A DNA stretch of 62,684 bases, counting the filler, from Rhabdomonas costata (lineage: Eukaryota): assembly GCA_019059605.1 (NCBI GenBank). It is 43 parts of 43 records of this genome, joined end to end, with 100 filler letters (N's around TTAATTAATTAA, not from the genome) between each part and the next. Parts side by side here need not be neighbours in the genome. Positions count along the whole stretch, not along the records: positions 11,687 to 13,047 come from JAHMHO010018239.1; positions 13,148 to 14,508 come from JAHMHO010018240.1; positions 14,609 to 15,969 come from JAHMHO010018241.1; positions 16,070 to 17,429 come from JAHMHO010018242.1; positions 17,530 to 18,890 come from JAHMHO010018243.1; positions 18,991 to 20,350 come from JAHMHO010018244.1; positions 20,451 to 21,810 come from JAHMHO010018245.1; positions 21,911 to 23,270 come from JAHMHO010018246.1; 35 more parts are not named here. One strand, 5' to 3'. Positions 11,741-24,830 of this stretch are shown here, piece after piece (the first letter of the stretch is position 1; each line of letters starts with the position of its first letter). The notes beneath the pieces were generated by a model. The model did not search any database. It saw only the letters and a program-made list of their open reading frames with translations, and was not told the DNA's origin. The translations under genes were made by a program, and so were the position numbers.

Positions 11741-12820
11741 GGCGCATGTGCCGGAGAGGGTGGAGCTGCGGCAGGCGCCGGCCCGCCAAGGGGTCAGCAT
11801 GCCCACTCCCACCCGCTCAGCCAGGCCTTCGGTGACCACTCTGCGGGACATCGTCTCGCCGTCTTCGCCGAAGCCCATCCTCAGTCCTAGTGGTATGCAT
11901 GTGTGCGCAGCGAGGAACAGAGTCAGGACAGTCCATATATGAGGCCCCGATAGGCCCATATGCCCACGAGGATCCCTACCCAGAGCCCTACCCAGCTAGA
12001 AATTCACCTGGATCATCGTTGCTCAGCGTCTCTGATGAGGAAAAAAAGATGGGGAGATTTTTGAGATGGGAAGAGCTGTGGCTTGACCTTTGTAACCCAA
12101 TGCAAGCAGCAACCGTGTCCCCATTGGATCCCCCCCCCCTCCGCACGTGCCCTGGCAACAGTGCTGAAGGTACATAGCAGTGAATCTGCTAAAACCTTTT
12201 AGCACCACTGAATCTTCAGGATAGAGTAAGTGTTTTCTCGTGCGCTGAGGTGAAGATTGTCGGTTCACCACCATTCGCCTCCCCTCCCACACACATTCAC
12301 TGACCCCGCATCTATGGGCTGTCTTTAATTCTCAAAGGCCGCAAGTTGAAGGCCCTTTGCCCCTCCCATCTTTCTTGGTCGGGTTATGCCAATTGCTGCA
12401 CTCTGTGGTGTGTACCTCTTTATGTCATCAGCGGAAGCCCTTCCCGAGATGAAGACGGAGGATGTCCCCCTCCGCACCGTGTCTTCCGAGGGCCGAGGGC
12501 TGAAGGTCCCACTCCCTCCCTCCTTCCCTCTCTCGAAAACAAATACTGCTCGTCTTTTTTGATTTTTGTGGAGAGGGATAATCGATTGCCCGTGTACCCC
12601 TCTATCTCCCCCCCCCCTCATCCCTTTTTCCTTGAGGTGGGTCTCGGCCTCGTTTCCCACAGACCTCGCGGGTGGACAGCTCCTACGTGATGGCGCTGGA
12701 GTGCCAAATCCGTGAGCACAGCGCGACAATCCGGGAGTTCAGCAGCATCATCTCCGAGAAGCAGGAGCTGATCGAGTCCCTGCACTCCCAGATCCACACC
12801 CTGAGGGAGGAGCTGGAGAG
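11741..12820 (+). CDS. Hypothetical Ser/Pro-rich plus coiled-coil protein, 3 exons
   Basis: Exons 11741-11892, 12432-12505 and 12663-12820 with consistent phases and GT-AG borders; the last encodes the coiled coil YVMALECQIREH...LREELER. Confidence 0.65.
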
Positions 12821-13147
12821 GTGTGCCAGACACACGTCACAGAAGCCACACCACCCTGCACTGGTGCACTTGCGAGTCTTTGCCAAGGGCGTTTTACGTG
12901 CACAAGGTACTAAGATAGTCCCATAAAATGTTAACGGCGTGCTTCTAACCTTTAGGTGCACTGAAAAAAATAGACCACATAAGCTGTGAAGGGTATCGTG
13001 AGCGTGCGTCTAGCCTTGCACTTGACTTGTGAATGGCTTGTGAAGGGNNNNNNNNNNNNNNNNNNNNNNNNNNNNNNNNNNNNNNNNNNNNTTAATTAAT
13101 TAANNNNNNNNNNNNNNNNNNNNNNNNNNNNNNNNNNNNNNNNNNNN

Positions 13148-14112
<965 letters not shown>

Positions 14113-14719
14113 CTGAGCGGGTAAGCGGGTGCGCATGTGTACGACTGTGTGTGCACGACTGTGTGTGTTGGGCGCATTGCGCTCTGTCTGTTGCCTGGTT
14201 GACTCGTTGTAGGTGACCACTGTGGACTGACCGGCGCACGCGCTGTTGGCCATGGGTGCTCGCGAGAGGTGCCGTGGGGAACCGGAACGGGCTCACCGCC
14301 GAACGTTCCACATCTGGTGACCTCCCTTCAGCCCCATGGGTCCCGGGCCTTTGTCGCGCAGCTGCTCTTTTCCAGCCCCTACCTGCATTGCTCCATTGCT
14401 GCTCAGGTCTCTGCGACTACACACTCCTTTTTGCTTTGGGGGCCAAGCGACCCCCCCCCCCCAACTCCAATGCATCGAAGTCCCAAATGAAACTTGAAAT
14501 AAAAGCACNNNNNNNNNNNNNNNNNNNNNNNNNNNNNNNNNNNNNNNNNNNNTTAATTAATTAANNNNNNNNNNNNNNNNNNNNNNNNNNNNNNNNNNNN
14601 NNNNNNNNGGTGGTGGTGTCTTCCTCTGCGCTTGGGCACAGAAGAGCAAGAAAGTTGGTCACTTCAGTCACTTCAGGGAAGGGCGCCGAAAGCCATTGAC
14701 AAAGTTCTGAGAAGGCGCT

Positions 14720-15150
14720 GACACGATACAAGTGAGAGAAACAGGGATTTCAGCGAATAACATAGTTTCAAGAGACTGGAGGAGCTCAGAGGAGTTTGTT
14801 GAGCCAGATGATGTGGTTTGGAGAGAGAGTGAACGAACTCTACTCGTTCAACGGGTGAGGAAGTTGAAAGTCGTCAATGTAATGAATGATAGTGGGAGAA
14901 CGCGAGAGGTTGAAGCAGAGGAGACCAGCCGAAGGGAAGGCATCGAGTCGGAAGTTTACCAAGTGGAGATTCTTCCCCCCGTGGAGGGGGAGAAGCATTT
15001 TGACTGCTCAAGGTTGGTAAAATAGAGAGTGGTCCAGAGAGTGATTCCAACTGTGGTTATGAAAATGTTGGTGGCTTTCGAATAAGCGAGGTTGAAAGTG
15101 AGTTGAAGGACGCAGACCACAAATCAGCCGGGCTTTCACTGCGCACTTGT
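14720..15150 (-). mobile_element. Degenerate reverse transcriptase of a DIRS/Ngaro-like (tyrosine recombinase) retrotransposon
   Basis: Ordered motifs across frameshifts and stops: KARLICGLR, KPPTFS*PQLE, YFTNLEQSKCF, LPFGW-SP (14939-14925), HYIDDF (YIDD at 14881-14870), IIWLNK. Confidence 0.6.
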
Positions 15151-16371
15151 GGGTGTGATCGGTGCTGGCTATTGCTCCAAGCCAAGGAGCTGGAACTCTA
15201 CCCCCTTTCCAGCACGGACGGGGGGTGCTTGCGGCGCAGCGGGGTGGTGTTTGTAAAGACTCTGGTGACGCGGTCGGTGGTATTGCAGTTCGTCGGGGAA
15301 AGCACCTCCCAAAGCCCTGCAAAGGGTCCCCCCTTCAGCCTTCAGCGCAGAGCCCACAAAGAGGTGTTGGTATTGCTCAGAGCCTCCCGCAGCAGCCCAC
15401 AGAAAGCCCCCCTCCCCGAAAAGACAACGGCCGCACACCCCTCACGTGCACTGCGTCTGGCCCTCCCCCGCAACCCCACTCTCAAAGCTGCGTTTGTGCG
15501 GGCGTACCTCTTTCTCTCTTGATCAACTGGTTTCTAAAGGTTATTCGGGTCTGCATCAGGGGTCTGTCTGAACATGCTCTCAGACTATCTTTTCATCTTT
15601 GGCTGTTTGTTCGGCTTTTTTGTGTTTTCTTGCCATTGGATTACTTTTCGGCTTTCCTTTTTGCCAAGCGCGCAAGCGCAAACACGACGATGAGTTTGAG
15701 GAATGGGTTCACCTCCGACTTCAACCCCAGCACGACGACTCTTGTTCTCCCTGCCACTGAGATGTCGCCGAGCTTGCCTTCCCAGAAGAACGTGGGCAGC
15801 AGCGTACCACCCTCCCATTCCAGAGGATGGGGGAGGGCCAGTAAGTTATCTACTTGTAATAATCATGCCGGTTGTCAAATTTGCTTGTTGGGTAAGAAGA
15901 CAGAAGGAAGTTAATTGCATGCAAAGCCACTCAGTTCACTTCCTTGAACACCAATACTTCAGCTCCTTTNNNNNNNNNNNNNNNNNNNNNNNNNNNNNNN
16001 NNNNNNNNNNNNNTTAATTAATTAANNNNNNNNNNNNNNNNNNNNNNNNNNNNNNNNNNNNNNNNNNNNGGGTTGGGTTTGGGAGTACAGTGAGAACTGA
16101 AAAAACTCCCTGCCAATACTCGCGGTTCGGGGCAACGTGTTCAGGAAGCCATTAATATGGAATGACACAGAGGCGTCAAGAGACATGCCGACACGACTCT
16201 TTGTCTTTCTTTTGCTTGGGACCCGACGCGAGGTCGAAAGGGCAGCGATCGATATGTTGCTCCTTTCCCCTTTCTCTTTCCCCACAAAAGAGCTCTCAGC
16301 ACTGCCAGGGAGTTTTTTCAGTTCTCACTGTACTCCCAAACCCACGCTCCACCACTTGGGCAAAGGGCAAC

Positions 16372-17127
16372 CTTCGCCGATCACGGTAATAGTGGTTCCT
16401 CCTCTGAGGTCCGCGTACGCAGGCTGTACTTTGAACACCGCATACAGAAGGATCTGGATAACTGAGGTGGGCTGTAGCGTAGTCATCGCGTACAAGATCC
16501 GGTCCTGAGGGGCGAATAACAGCACACAGCAAATAAAGGCGACGAATCCATGTGCGGCTCTTCATTGCAGTGCACAAAGTTCCCTGTCGCCCACGGCGCC
16601 CCCTGACTGCAATCAGCACGAAGGCCGGGTAAAAGAGCGCATCGCACAGAAGGGATGGCAACGAGGTCTCTTCGCATCCTTCACACCACATCTTCGAGGA
16701 GAATCTACGCAAACCACACCTTGTCGTTAATTGCAAATCCGACCACCGTCTCGTAGGTGTTCTGGAGCACGTTCAGCTTCATAGCCGCAACCAGGCTCAT
16801 GTCGCACATCCGAAATTTGAAGATCACGGAGGGTGTGTTCTGCGCGAGCAGAACCAGAAAGTGCACAAAAAGGAGTAGCTTTCCTCCCCGAGCATCGGCA
16901 GAGAAGTAGGAAGACAAACTCCACACACCCGGCTAAAAAGGAGACGGCTCCAAAGGCCACATTTTTATCACGGCAACGATCCCCCCCCACACACACACCA
17001 GGTTCATGGCAACGAATCCGAGCTCGCTCACGGTGTCGACAATCATGGCGGTTACCCCAGACTGGTCATTGACAATCAGACTGTACACCACTGGACCGAC
17101 TACATCTCCGCATCGGGAGTAGCCCGT
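16372..17127 (-). CDS. Beta-rich extracellular protein entering an IPT/TIG domain, 3 exons
   Basis: Exons 17127-17056, 16839-16720 and 16504-16372 in phase; ends VFKVQPAYADLRGGTTITVIGEG (IPT/TIG start motif). Confidence 0.7.
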
Positions 17128-18126
17128 CTAGAAGAAAAACCAAACCAGCAAAGATGCATCCGTGCGTGCATACGGCAACGTCTGCGAAGTGCTCTTACAG
17201 AGCTCTCTCAGGCTGTAACTCTGCGTAGGACATTAGGCCAGAAGAAAATCGGAGAGATTTCGCAGGCTCAATCCTTTCGTATTCTTTCATGAGCTACTCA
17301 AACGGCCACAACAGCGGGAGAGCTCATTGGTGATGAGCTCCCTGTTCCCTGCGAATGGCCTTTTTCCAACTTGCGTTCCACACCTACAAGCACACTGAGA
17401 GTAGACCATAAGTACTTGCCACACCCCCCNNNNNNNNNNNNNNNNNNNNNNNNNNNNNNNNNNNNNNNNNNNNTTAATTAATTAANNNNNNNNNNNNNNN
17501 NNNNNNNNNNNNNNNNNNNNNNNNNNNNNGTTTGTTGCCTCTACGGAATGACCACCTGTGAAACCGGAACCCCAGGAGCGTATCAGCCAAAGTATCCCCT
17601 CTTCCGGGCAATGACCCCTTCCCTGTCAACTGTGTCAAGTGAGAAAGTTGCCCCACTATATCTCGAGACATACCCTGTCGATAAAAAAGACTAGAGGTCC
17701 TCACCAGATCAGACTCCGCGACATTGCCCAAGTTCAAGAGAAGAAGGAAAATGATGTTGTCAGCTGGATTTGTTGAAATGTCAGGAGGCGCCCAAAATGG
17801 TAGTGATGGGAAGCACAAAAAAAATGTCAGGTCTGACTCACGTTTCTCTCTCACTCATGTTTCTCTAGTCGATGATACAGAATCAAATTTTTACTGGCTT
17901 CATGCAACGACCAATTAAAACCATGACTTTATCACGGAAATGATATATATACCCGCACACTCTGCCGCGGAGTAGCGAAGACGTTCCCCCACCCCCAGGT
18001 AATGACCCCCCGTGTGAACGCAGAGCACTTCTTCTTTCTAATTATGTTGGCTTAGTGAGTGTCCATCAACCAAAAAGGGAGAAATGAGGCAGCCATGTAG
18101 AGGAAGGAGCTACGACTCCCTTCAAC

Positions 18127-18279
18127 CTTCTTCGTTAACAAAAACTCGTCGGCCCTTCTGGCGATAATCTCTTTGGTAAGCTTGGTAATGTTCTCAAAGG
18201 AAGGCAACTCGGAGCTGCCCTCTGGCCGGCACTTGGGTAAGGTGCGGTGCTTCTCGTACAGCTCCTTCGAAACAAAGAC
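18127..18279 (-). CDS. Hypothetical protein exon
   Basis: cgcag acceptor, then FVSKELYEKHRTLPKC...IIARRADEFLLTKK and a probable GT donor; 3' border approximate. Confidence 0.4.
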
Positions 18280-19107
18280 TGCGAGTAACCCCCACCCCCA
18301 AAAGGAGAACCCATACACAGGTTGGTTGGGACATGCTCTTCCATGGAAGGGACTTCCTCTTTCCCTTTTCCTCTTTCACCCGATCCTATTCCTGGAGCTC
18401 CTGCTTTCAGTACCTCGGGCACCACCTTCCCCTCCGGAACCAAACCAGTTCCAAACCAGTAGAAACAGAACCCTAGCAAACAACCTAAACTACCTGAAAA
18501 AGCTTTTTTTTTTTTGCTCCGTTGACCTCTGTGTTCACACAAAAATTGGGGAAATGAGCATCTTAAAGCGCGCATTGGGGATGGGTTACCGCAATTGCTA
18601 CACCACGCGGATGGGATGAGATGCGTTCGCCACTTATAGCGACAAACTTTTGGAATGTCGAAGTTATCTAAGGAAAAGGTGCACACCTGCTGCAACGATT
18701 TGTGCTGTCGTTTTGATTGCCTTCACTCTTGTCCAACACCCCATAAAACGTATCGGTTGTTAAGAGGGGATCACAAGGACTACTGGGAGCCCACCAACAA
18801 TGCCGTCGGATAGCATTCATTTCCGGACGTTTTCAACGCCAGGCATGTTCAGATGTGAAGGGCTGACTTGGGAGAAGGTGGGAGTCAAAANNNNNNNNNN
18901 NNNNNNNNNNNNNNNNNNNNNNNNNNNNNNNNNNTTAATTAATTAANNNNNNNNNNNNNNNNNNNNNNNNNNNNNNNNNNNNNNNNNNNNGGTGGCAGGC
19001 TGGAATTGACCGAGATTCAAGACAGGCTGGTTGATGGACAGGGAACAGAGGGGAGGGGGATGGAACTGACAGATTTGGTTGAGACCTGCACCCTTTTCGT
19101 TGTACAG

Positions 19108-19996
19108 GGCCTGGATTGGGTCCTCGTGGTGGGCACGAAGCGGTCGGTGTGGATGGCTTACATTAACTCCGGGGTGCCCCTGACGGTGGGCCTGGTGGCG
19201 GCATGCATCATTGGGTGCGTGGGACTGCTCTGCTGCATTGCGTCGGTGGTCTATTCGGAACTTTTTTTTGTGCAGCTTCAATGCCAGGCAGCAATTTGCA
19301 GGGGATGCAGTGGAGGGAGTGGGGAAGCACATGTCAACGAATACACACACAGGACGCCAAGTGGCAAGGTGAGCAGAGGCAATGGCAAAATAATGCAGCT
19401 TGTGCTCTATACCATATGCTGCTTGTCGTCTACACTACCATCGAAAGCAGATCATAAATAGGGGTGTCGGAGGTGTGTGTGGGGGGGGGGTGCATTCTCT
19501 GCTTGCTGATGTGGCGGCGGTTGTGCTGATCGTGTTGGATTGTAAGTGAAAGACAAAAATGGGTAAGCAAAAAACAAAGGCCCGGAGGAGAGTCACCACC
19601 TCCATCCGAAGTTTTGTTTCAAAACAATCAAAAAAAAAAGAATGGCAAAGTTTACCTGTGCAACCGGAAAAGCACGGAGAAGCTACAGGACACATTGTGA
19701 AAGGGTGGTGCAGCTCAGAACATAATAGTGGGTACCGGAGTCACTTTCTTGCGGAGGATGGCTCCCCTTCTCTTTGTGATTCGTCCTTATTGCCGTTTTT
19801 CTCAGGCTGTGCCTCCTTGTGTTTCTGCTGGTTCGGTTGGCGACGTCGCCCCTGCGGCGGATCATCGCACAGCTCTCCCTGCTGCAGCAGATGGACCTCG
19901 GCCAGGTGCAGCTCTTTGGGCGGCTCTCTGCCCTAAGCGAGGTGGCCACCCTGATGCTGGCCTTCAACGGGCTGGCCACCGCCCTGAAGGAGTACC
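19108..19996 (+). CDS. Receptor-type protein: end of Cache-like sensor, TM helix and HAMP domain; probably a class III nucleotide cyclase
   Basis: Exons 19108-19214 and 19806-~19996: GLDWVLVVG...TM...TSPLRRIIAQLSLLQQMDL...SALSEVATLMLAFNGLATALKEYR. Confidence 0.75.
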
Positions 19997-21079
19997 GTAA
20001 GTATGCATGAGGGGTGCACCCAATGTAGGTTCCTCCTTGGAGTACCAAAGATACGAAAACCCCCAAAAGGCCACAACCTTTGGGGATGCAAAGACAACCC
20101 TTTCATTCTCACATATTAACATACTCCCGGTCCGCTTCGGCTTCAGCCAACGTGAGGATTTGTTCAGTGCAAATCGCCATCTTGATGTAGCCAAAGCTTA
20201 GAGTGGAGACAGAGGGCGGCATAGTCTGGCAGACATCGCGTTGTTTTTGGGTGTATGTCAACTGATCGTGAACTGAGAGCCATAGAAGCAATCAACCTCA
20301 TTCAGCAACTGCTCGTCTATCCAGTAGGCTGGAAACGTTCACAACCACACNNNNNNNNNNNNNNNNNNNNNNNNNNNNNNNNNNNNNNNNNNNNTTAATT
20401 AATTAANNNNNNNNNNNNNNNNNNNNNNNNNNNNNNNNNNNNNNNNNNNNGGTTGGGGTTACCAGTTGAAGGAAAAGGCATGGATCCGTTTTCCTCCATT
20501 TGTATATAACGGCTCTGTGTGGGTGGAACGCTGCTCCCGCGGTCCCTTGTCCCAGTGGTTTTTCTCTTTCCGTGCCTGTACGAAGGTGAGGGCCAAGACG
20601 CTGAGTTTTGGTACCCTTACTGAGAAGGTCGTTCCCTAAGACGGCTACTTGTTGTTTCAGAATGGTATGAAAAGTAGGAGGTGTATTCGACGGTTTACGA
20701 GTGACGAGCGAAAGAATTCCTTATGGTGAGGCCGTCGGTTACATAATGCAGTGTACCTTTATCCCTGTACGCATGTGGTTGCCACCACCGTGCAAGCCTG
20801 TGCTGCCGCAGTATTTTATTTCCTCGGTATGTGAACTGTTTTTTTTTACCACGGAACTAGCCGGTTCGTGGTTCACCTAGTTGGCGCATTCCCCATCATT
20901 GATCTACTATTACACAGTACTTGCTCATTTCGTCAATGCAACATCCCCCACCCAACCGGAGTACACACCTTCGCCTTCGGCTCACATCCCTCTTTGTTCT
21001 TTTCTTGGTATGGGTTACCTCCCTCTTTACCGCGATGCCTGTCTCGTGGGCACCTTCATCTCCTTTCCCCTCATTTCAG

Positions 21080-21289
21080 TTCCGGAGACGGGAGTGCGAG
21101 AGGGTGTTTGAGCAGCACCCCGGAGTGATGGGCCCCATGGGGATGCTTCCGGGCTCGGTGGGCCCAGGGGCTGCCCCGTCCCAGGCGCAGTACACCTACC
21201 TCTCTGCGATGGAGGACATCAATGCCCCGGACATGTACATCCCCGTGATGAGCCTGATCACCTACGTCCTGCTGTACGGGCTGTCCACG
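21080..21289 (+). CDS. YIF1: YIF1-family ER-Golgi membrane protein exon
   Basis: 210-nt AG/GT exon containing DINAPDMYIPVMSLITYVLLYGL (YIF1 D.NAPDLYIP.M...TY.L motif). Confidence 0.9.
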
Positions 21290-23700
21290 GTGTACCCCCT
21301 ACCTTCGTCCGTCGCTTTGCCTTCCTGGGCTTCATTTTGCTCGCACTTTCATGTCACTGCCTGCATTCAGAGAGAACGCCCCAACCCCAACTCTTCACTG
21401 ACCCTCGTCTTTTTCGCCGCTATGACTATGAAATTGGACCTGAGCCCGGGAAATGGCACACCCTAACACCTTGCAAATGTGTGTGTCGCGGACCAAGTCT
21501 GGAGTGTGGGCGAGATCACACCCCTTTCTGCCCTGGCCTCCCGTCGCCTAGTTTCCGTTGTTAGTAAGCTCTCTTCCCTCCATTTTCCCATTCCCGTCGT
21601 CACGGCGTCGAGTCTTTATGCCCCGCCGGGCATTGGTTTCCTCCTGCTGCCGAATTAAAGCTGGGACTCGGAAATGCAGCACATGCGAGCTCTCATCCCC
21701 TGCTTTTTCCGTGTGTGAGTTAGCGAGACGAAAAACCAAACCAAGGCTCTGCGGGGCCGGCCCTTCTCCCCTGAGCTGTTGCTAAACACCAAACCACCCA
21801 CACCCAACACNNNNNNNNNNNNNNNNNNNNNNNNNNNNNNNNNNNNNNNNNNNNTTAATTAATTAANNNNNNNNNNNNNNNNNNNNNNNNNNNNNNNNNN
21901 NNNNNNNNNNGGGTTTTGTTTTCCTTCCATCTATGTGATGGAGAGACGCGTTTTCACGGCTGCGCATCGCTTTTCTCGCTGCCAATTATGCGGTGTCATT
22001 TGCTGGGGCACCTGGATATCAGTCGCTGTGCTTTTTCTGCATCGGGTTTTCTCTTGCCTGTGGTTTATTTATGTTGCCTGGATTGTTTCTTAAGCTGAGC
22101 TACTTTCGCTGCGATGGATTAGCGAGGGAAGAGGTAGGTAGACAGCCATTGTTCATCTGGTCCACACTCTGCCATTGCTTCTATTGGGTGCGGTTTCAGC
22201 GGAAGGGCGATGGAGCATATTGAGGGGAGAAGGACGTTTTGCTCTCGAACATCACCAAGGGGTGAGATGGTATCGGCATGACCAACCTGAAGGAAAGCTG
22301 GACACACGAATGCAAAAGAGAAGAGGGGCAGCGCATTGAGAGTATGGGAATGAGTATGAGTATGCGCGTATGCTGAACTCGAGCTTACCTGAAACAAAGT
22401 ACGGAGTAGAGTGATTTCTCTGCACGGCTCCGTTCTTTGCTGCCTTGTCTAGTAGCTGGCGCTTATTGATTGCATGATTGATTGCATTGAATCGCCATGC
22501 TTTCTCTTTGCACCACTGCCACTCTGCACTCTCTGTGCACACTTCACAATATGGGCGTCTGTTTATGATTTTGAAGCAGTACCCCTTCGCCAGGATGCGG
22601 GTAAATGTTTTGTGTCTTATCTGCTGGTGTGGTCAGTGGCTTTGCTTCTCTGGTTTCCGCTGTGTCTCGGCCCTATTGGAGGCTATGTTGCGGATTGCCG
22701 TTCCTTTCTGCTCTGGCTTCTGGCTCCCTTTTTAGTTGCCCTGCTTTGCATTCCTTCCTATTCTCAAACGTATCCCCTCTCTTTTCGGTCCGTATTTCCT
22801 TTCTGTGTATTGTTTCTTTGATTTCGTTTCGTTTTATTCTGATTGCAGGGGTTGTGCTGCGCTCTCTGACTATTTGTTCGGCTTCTGCAATTGCCTTTGT
22901 GTTGCACGTCGGGTTTCTTTTCCAAAGATTGGGCGGTCTTTTCTTGTTAGAACACCTCGTTCTCCATCGAAAAGCATTCAGACATGTTCTTCTGCTGCTT
23001 TCTCTCTCTCCTTCCGTTCCCTCAAAGCCATTCCCCTCGCCTTTCGAAGGCCGAAGCGAACGCCTACGAACGAAAGGGAAGCCGGTGTTTCGGATGTGGT
23101 GCTCTACGGCGAGACAAAAAAGAACTCATTGGAACGGGCAAAATGTGAGGATGCAATGTGAGATGCATAGGGCCACCGCGGCGAAACAGAGGCCAGTCGC
23201 CACAGAGAAAAGACTGCTCTTCGACCGGAAGAGGCAAAGGCAGGCATCGCAACAAGGGCAAAGTCACAAANNNNNNNNNNNNNNNNNNNNNNNNNNNNNN
23301 NNNNNNNNNNNNNNTTAATTAATTAANNNNNNNNNNNNNNNNNNNNNNNNNNNNNNNNNNNNNNNNNNNNGTGTTGGGTGTGTGTGGGGTTGTGTTGAAC
23401 CCCGTCTTCTGGGAATTGATCGAGGTGGGTGTGCTTCCTGTGGAGTTCTTTTTTTGCTTTTGTGATTTTTGGAGACCATACATGGACGAACACAGTTAAA
23501 GCCTTTATGCGAGGCACGCTTGCTATGTACGTACATTGCATGGCTCCTCCTTCTCTCACCGTTTTTATGTGTTACTTGTTCAGTGCCTTTTCTAGAAGCA
23601 GAATGCTGATAGCACAGAGCGGCGTGAATGCTGGCTTACTAGAAACATCCTCGCGCTATCGTCCTCAAGAGTGTATGGTGACGGTGTGACCCCCGCTCAG

Positions 23701-24715
23701 GGAGAGAACATTCTCACCTTCCAGACCGATAGCGTGTTCTGCTCGCGATCCCCCCATCACCTCGCTGAGTACGTGGGGAAGTACGACTACATCGGAGGGC
23801 CCTACGGCAACCCCCGCCGCAGCACCCACCAGTGCGGGGGGTTCACTCTGAGGCGGCGCTCGGCGATGCTCCGAGCGATCCGCGAGTGCAAGCACCTGTG
23901 GAGGCCCACCACGCCGAAAGTCCACCACATCAATGATATGCGCGCTGCGCCGACTCGACCACTTCTCACTTGTTCTCTCTCTCTCTTTACAACTGAATAC
24001 TGGAATTGGTTCTTTGCGGGGTCCCTTTTCTCTTACTATGTAAGTGATTTAGCATACGTCCTTAGAAGATTTTGGAGATCATCTGCGTGCTTTGGTTCGC
24101 TGCGTCGCATTTCCCTCTCCCTGTTTGGTGTTCGAGCCTTTGCTTTCCAACTTCCAGATGCACACCCTGTGGATCTCTTGGCGGGACTGCAGCCTTTGCC
24201 TGTTCCGGCTCAAGGGAGTTGACTGTAAGTAAGCTGGTTTTTTTTCGCTTTGAAGTGTTCAAAATGAACCGGCAGCAGTTCAAGACGTCACTTTCAGTAA
24301 GTGGCCGAATTAGGGAGATTCTGTCTTTTCTTCATGTCTGCCCAAAACTGAACGCATGGATAGGGTGACGATTGTTCCACCCCCTGTGGTACTGTACGTT
24401 CTTGCTTTTACTTGTTGCCTTGTCTCATTATCTTTTGACATCCGAAATGGCAGCCATGTCGAACACCTGGCATATGATCCTTCTCCTGCCACACAGGACA
24501 TATTCTTCAGTGCGGTGGCTGTGGTGAAATGCCCCGTTGTGAAGCTCGCCCCGATTCCCGTGGCAAGGACTTTTTGTGTGGACTCGCTGTTTTATGACCG
24601 CCCCCTGGCCATCCATAAAGTGTGGGTGCGCTTCCACCAGTGGACCAAGGTAGGAAAGAACCTCAGGTCCCTGCACCAGCACTGCCCCGAGATCTCGAGC
24701 ATATTGGGTCACTGA
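23701..24715 (+). CDS. DUF5672-like putative glycosyltransferase, last 2 exons
   Basis: Exons 23701-23919 and 24497-24715: ILTFQTDSVFC...YDYIGGP...GGFTLRRRSAM...DIFF...AP...A..F.......PLAIHKVW...HCPEI*. Confidence 0.8.
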
Positions 24716-24830
24716 TGGCAACCCACAACCNNNNNNNNNNNNNNNNNNNNNNNNNNNNNNNNNNNNNNNNNNNNTTAATTAATTAANNNNNNNNNNNNNN
24801 NNNNNNNNNNNNNNNNNNNNNNNNNNNNNN

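Noticed and set aside
14270-14310. GNRNGLTA resembling the MCM GLTA motif
   Set aside because: It is on the plus strand, opposite to the MCM3 exons
17330-17398. Box C/D snoRNA-like GTGATGA...CTGA pair
   Set aside because: It is antisense to the host gene, the C box lies inside a hairpin, and there is no terminal stem or recognisable rRNA guide
21911-23270. Long hydrophobic ORFs (for example 22605-23318)
   Set aside because: They arise from T-rich low-complexity sequence that is open in several overlapping frames, without the GC3 bias of real exons or any motif
23920-24496. Possible euglenid non-conventional (non GT-AG) intron
   Set aside because: A GT-AG reading keeps the frame and no 5' CAG pairing partner is present; every intron I could place is explainable as GT-AG
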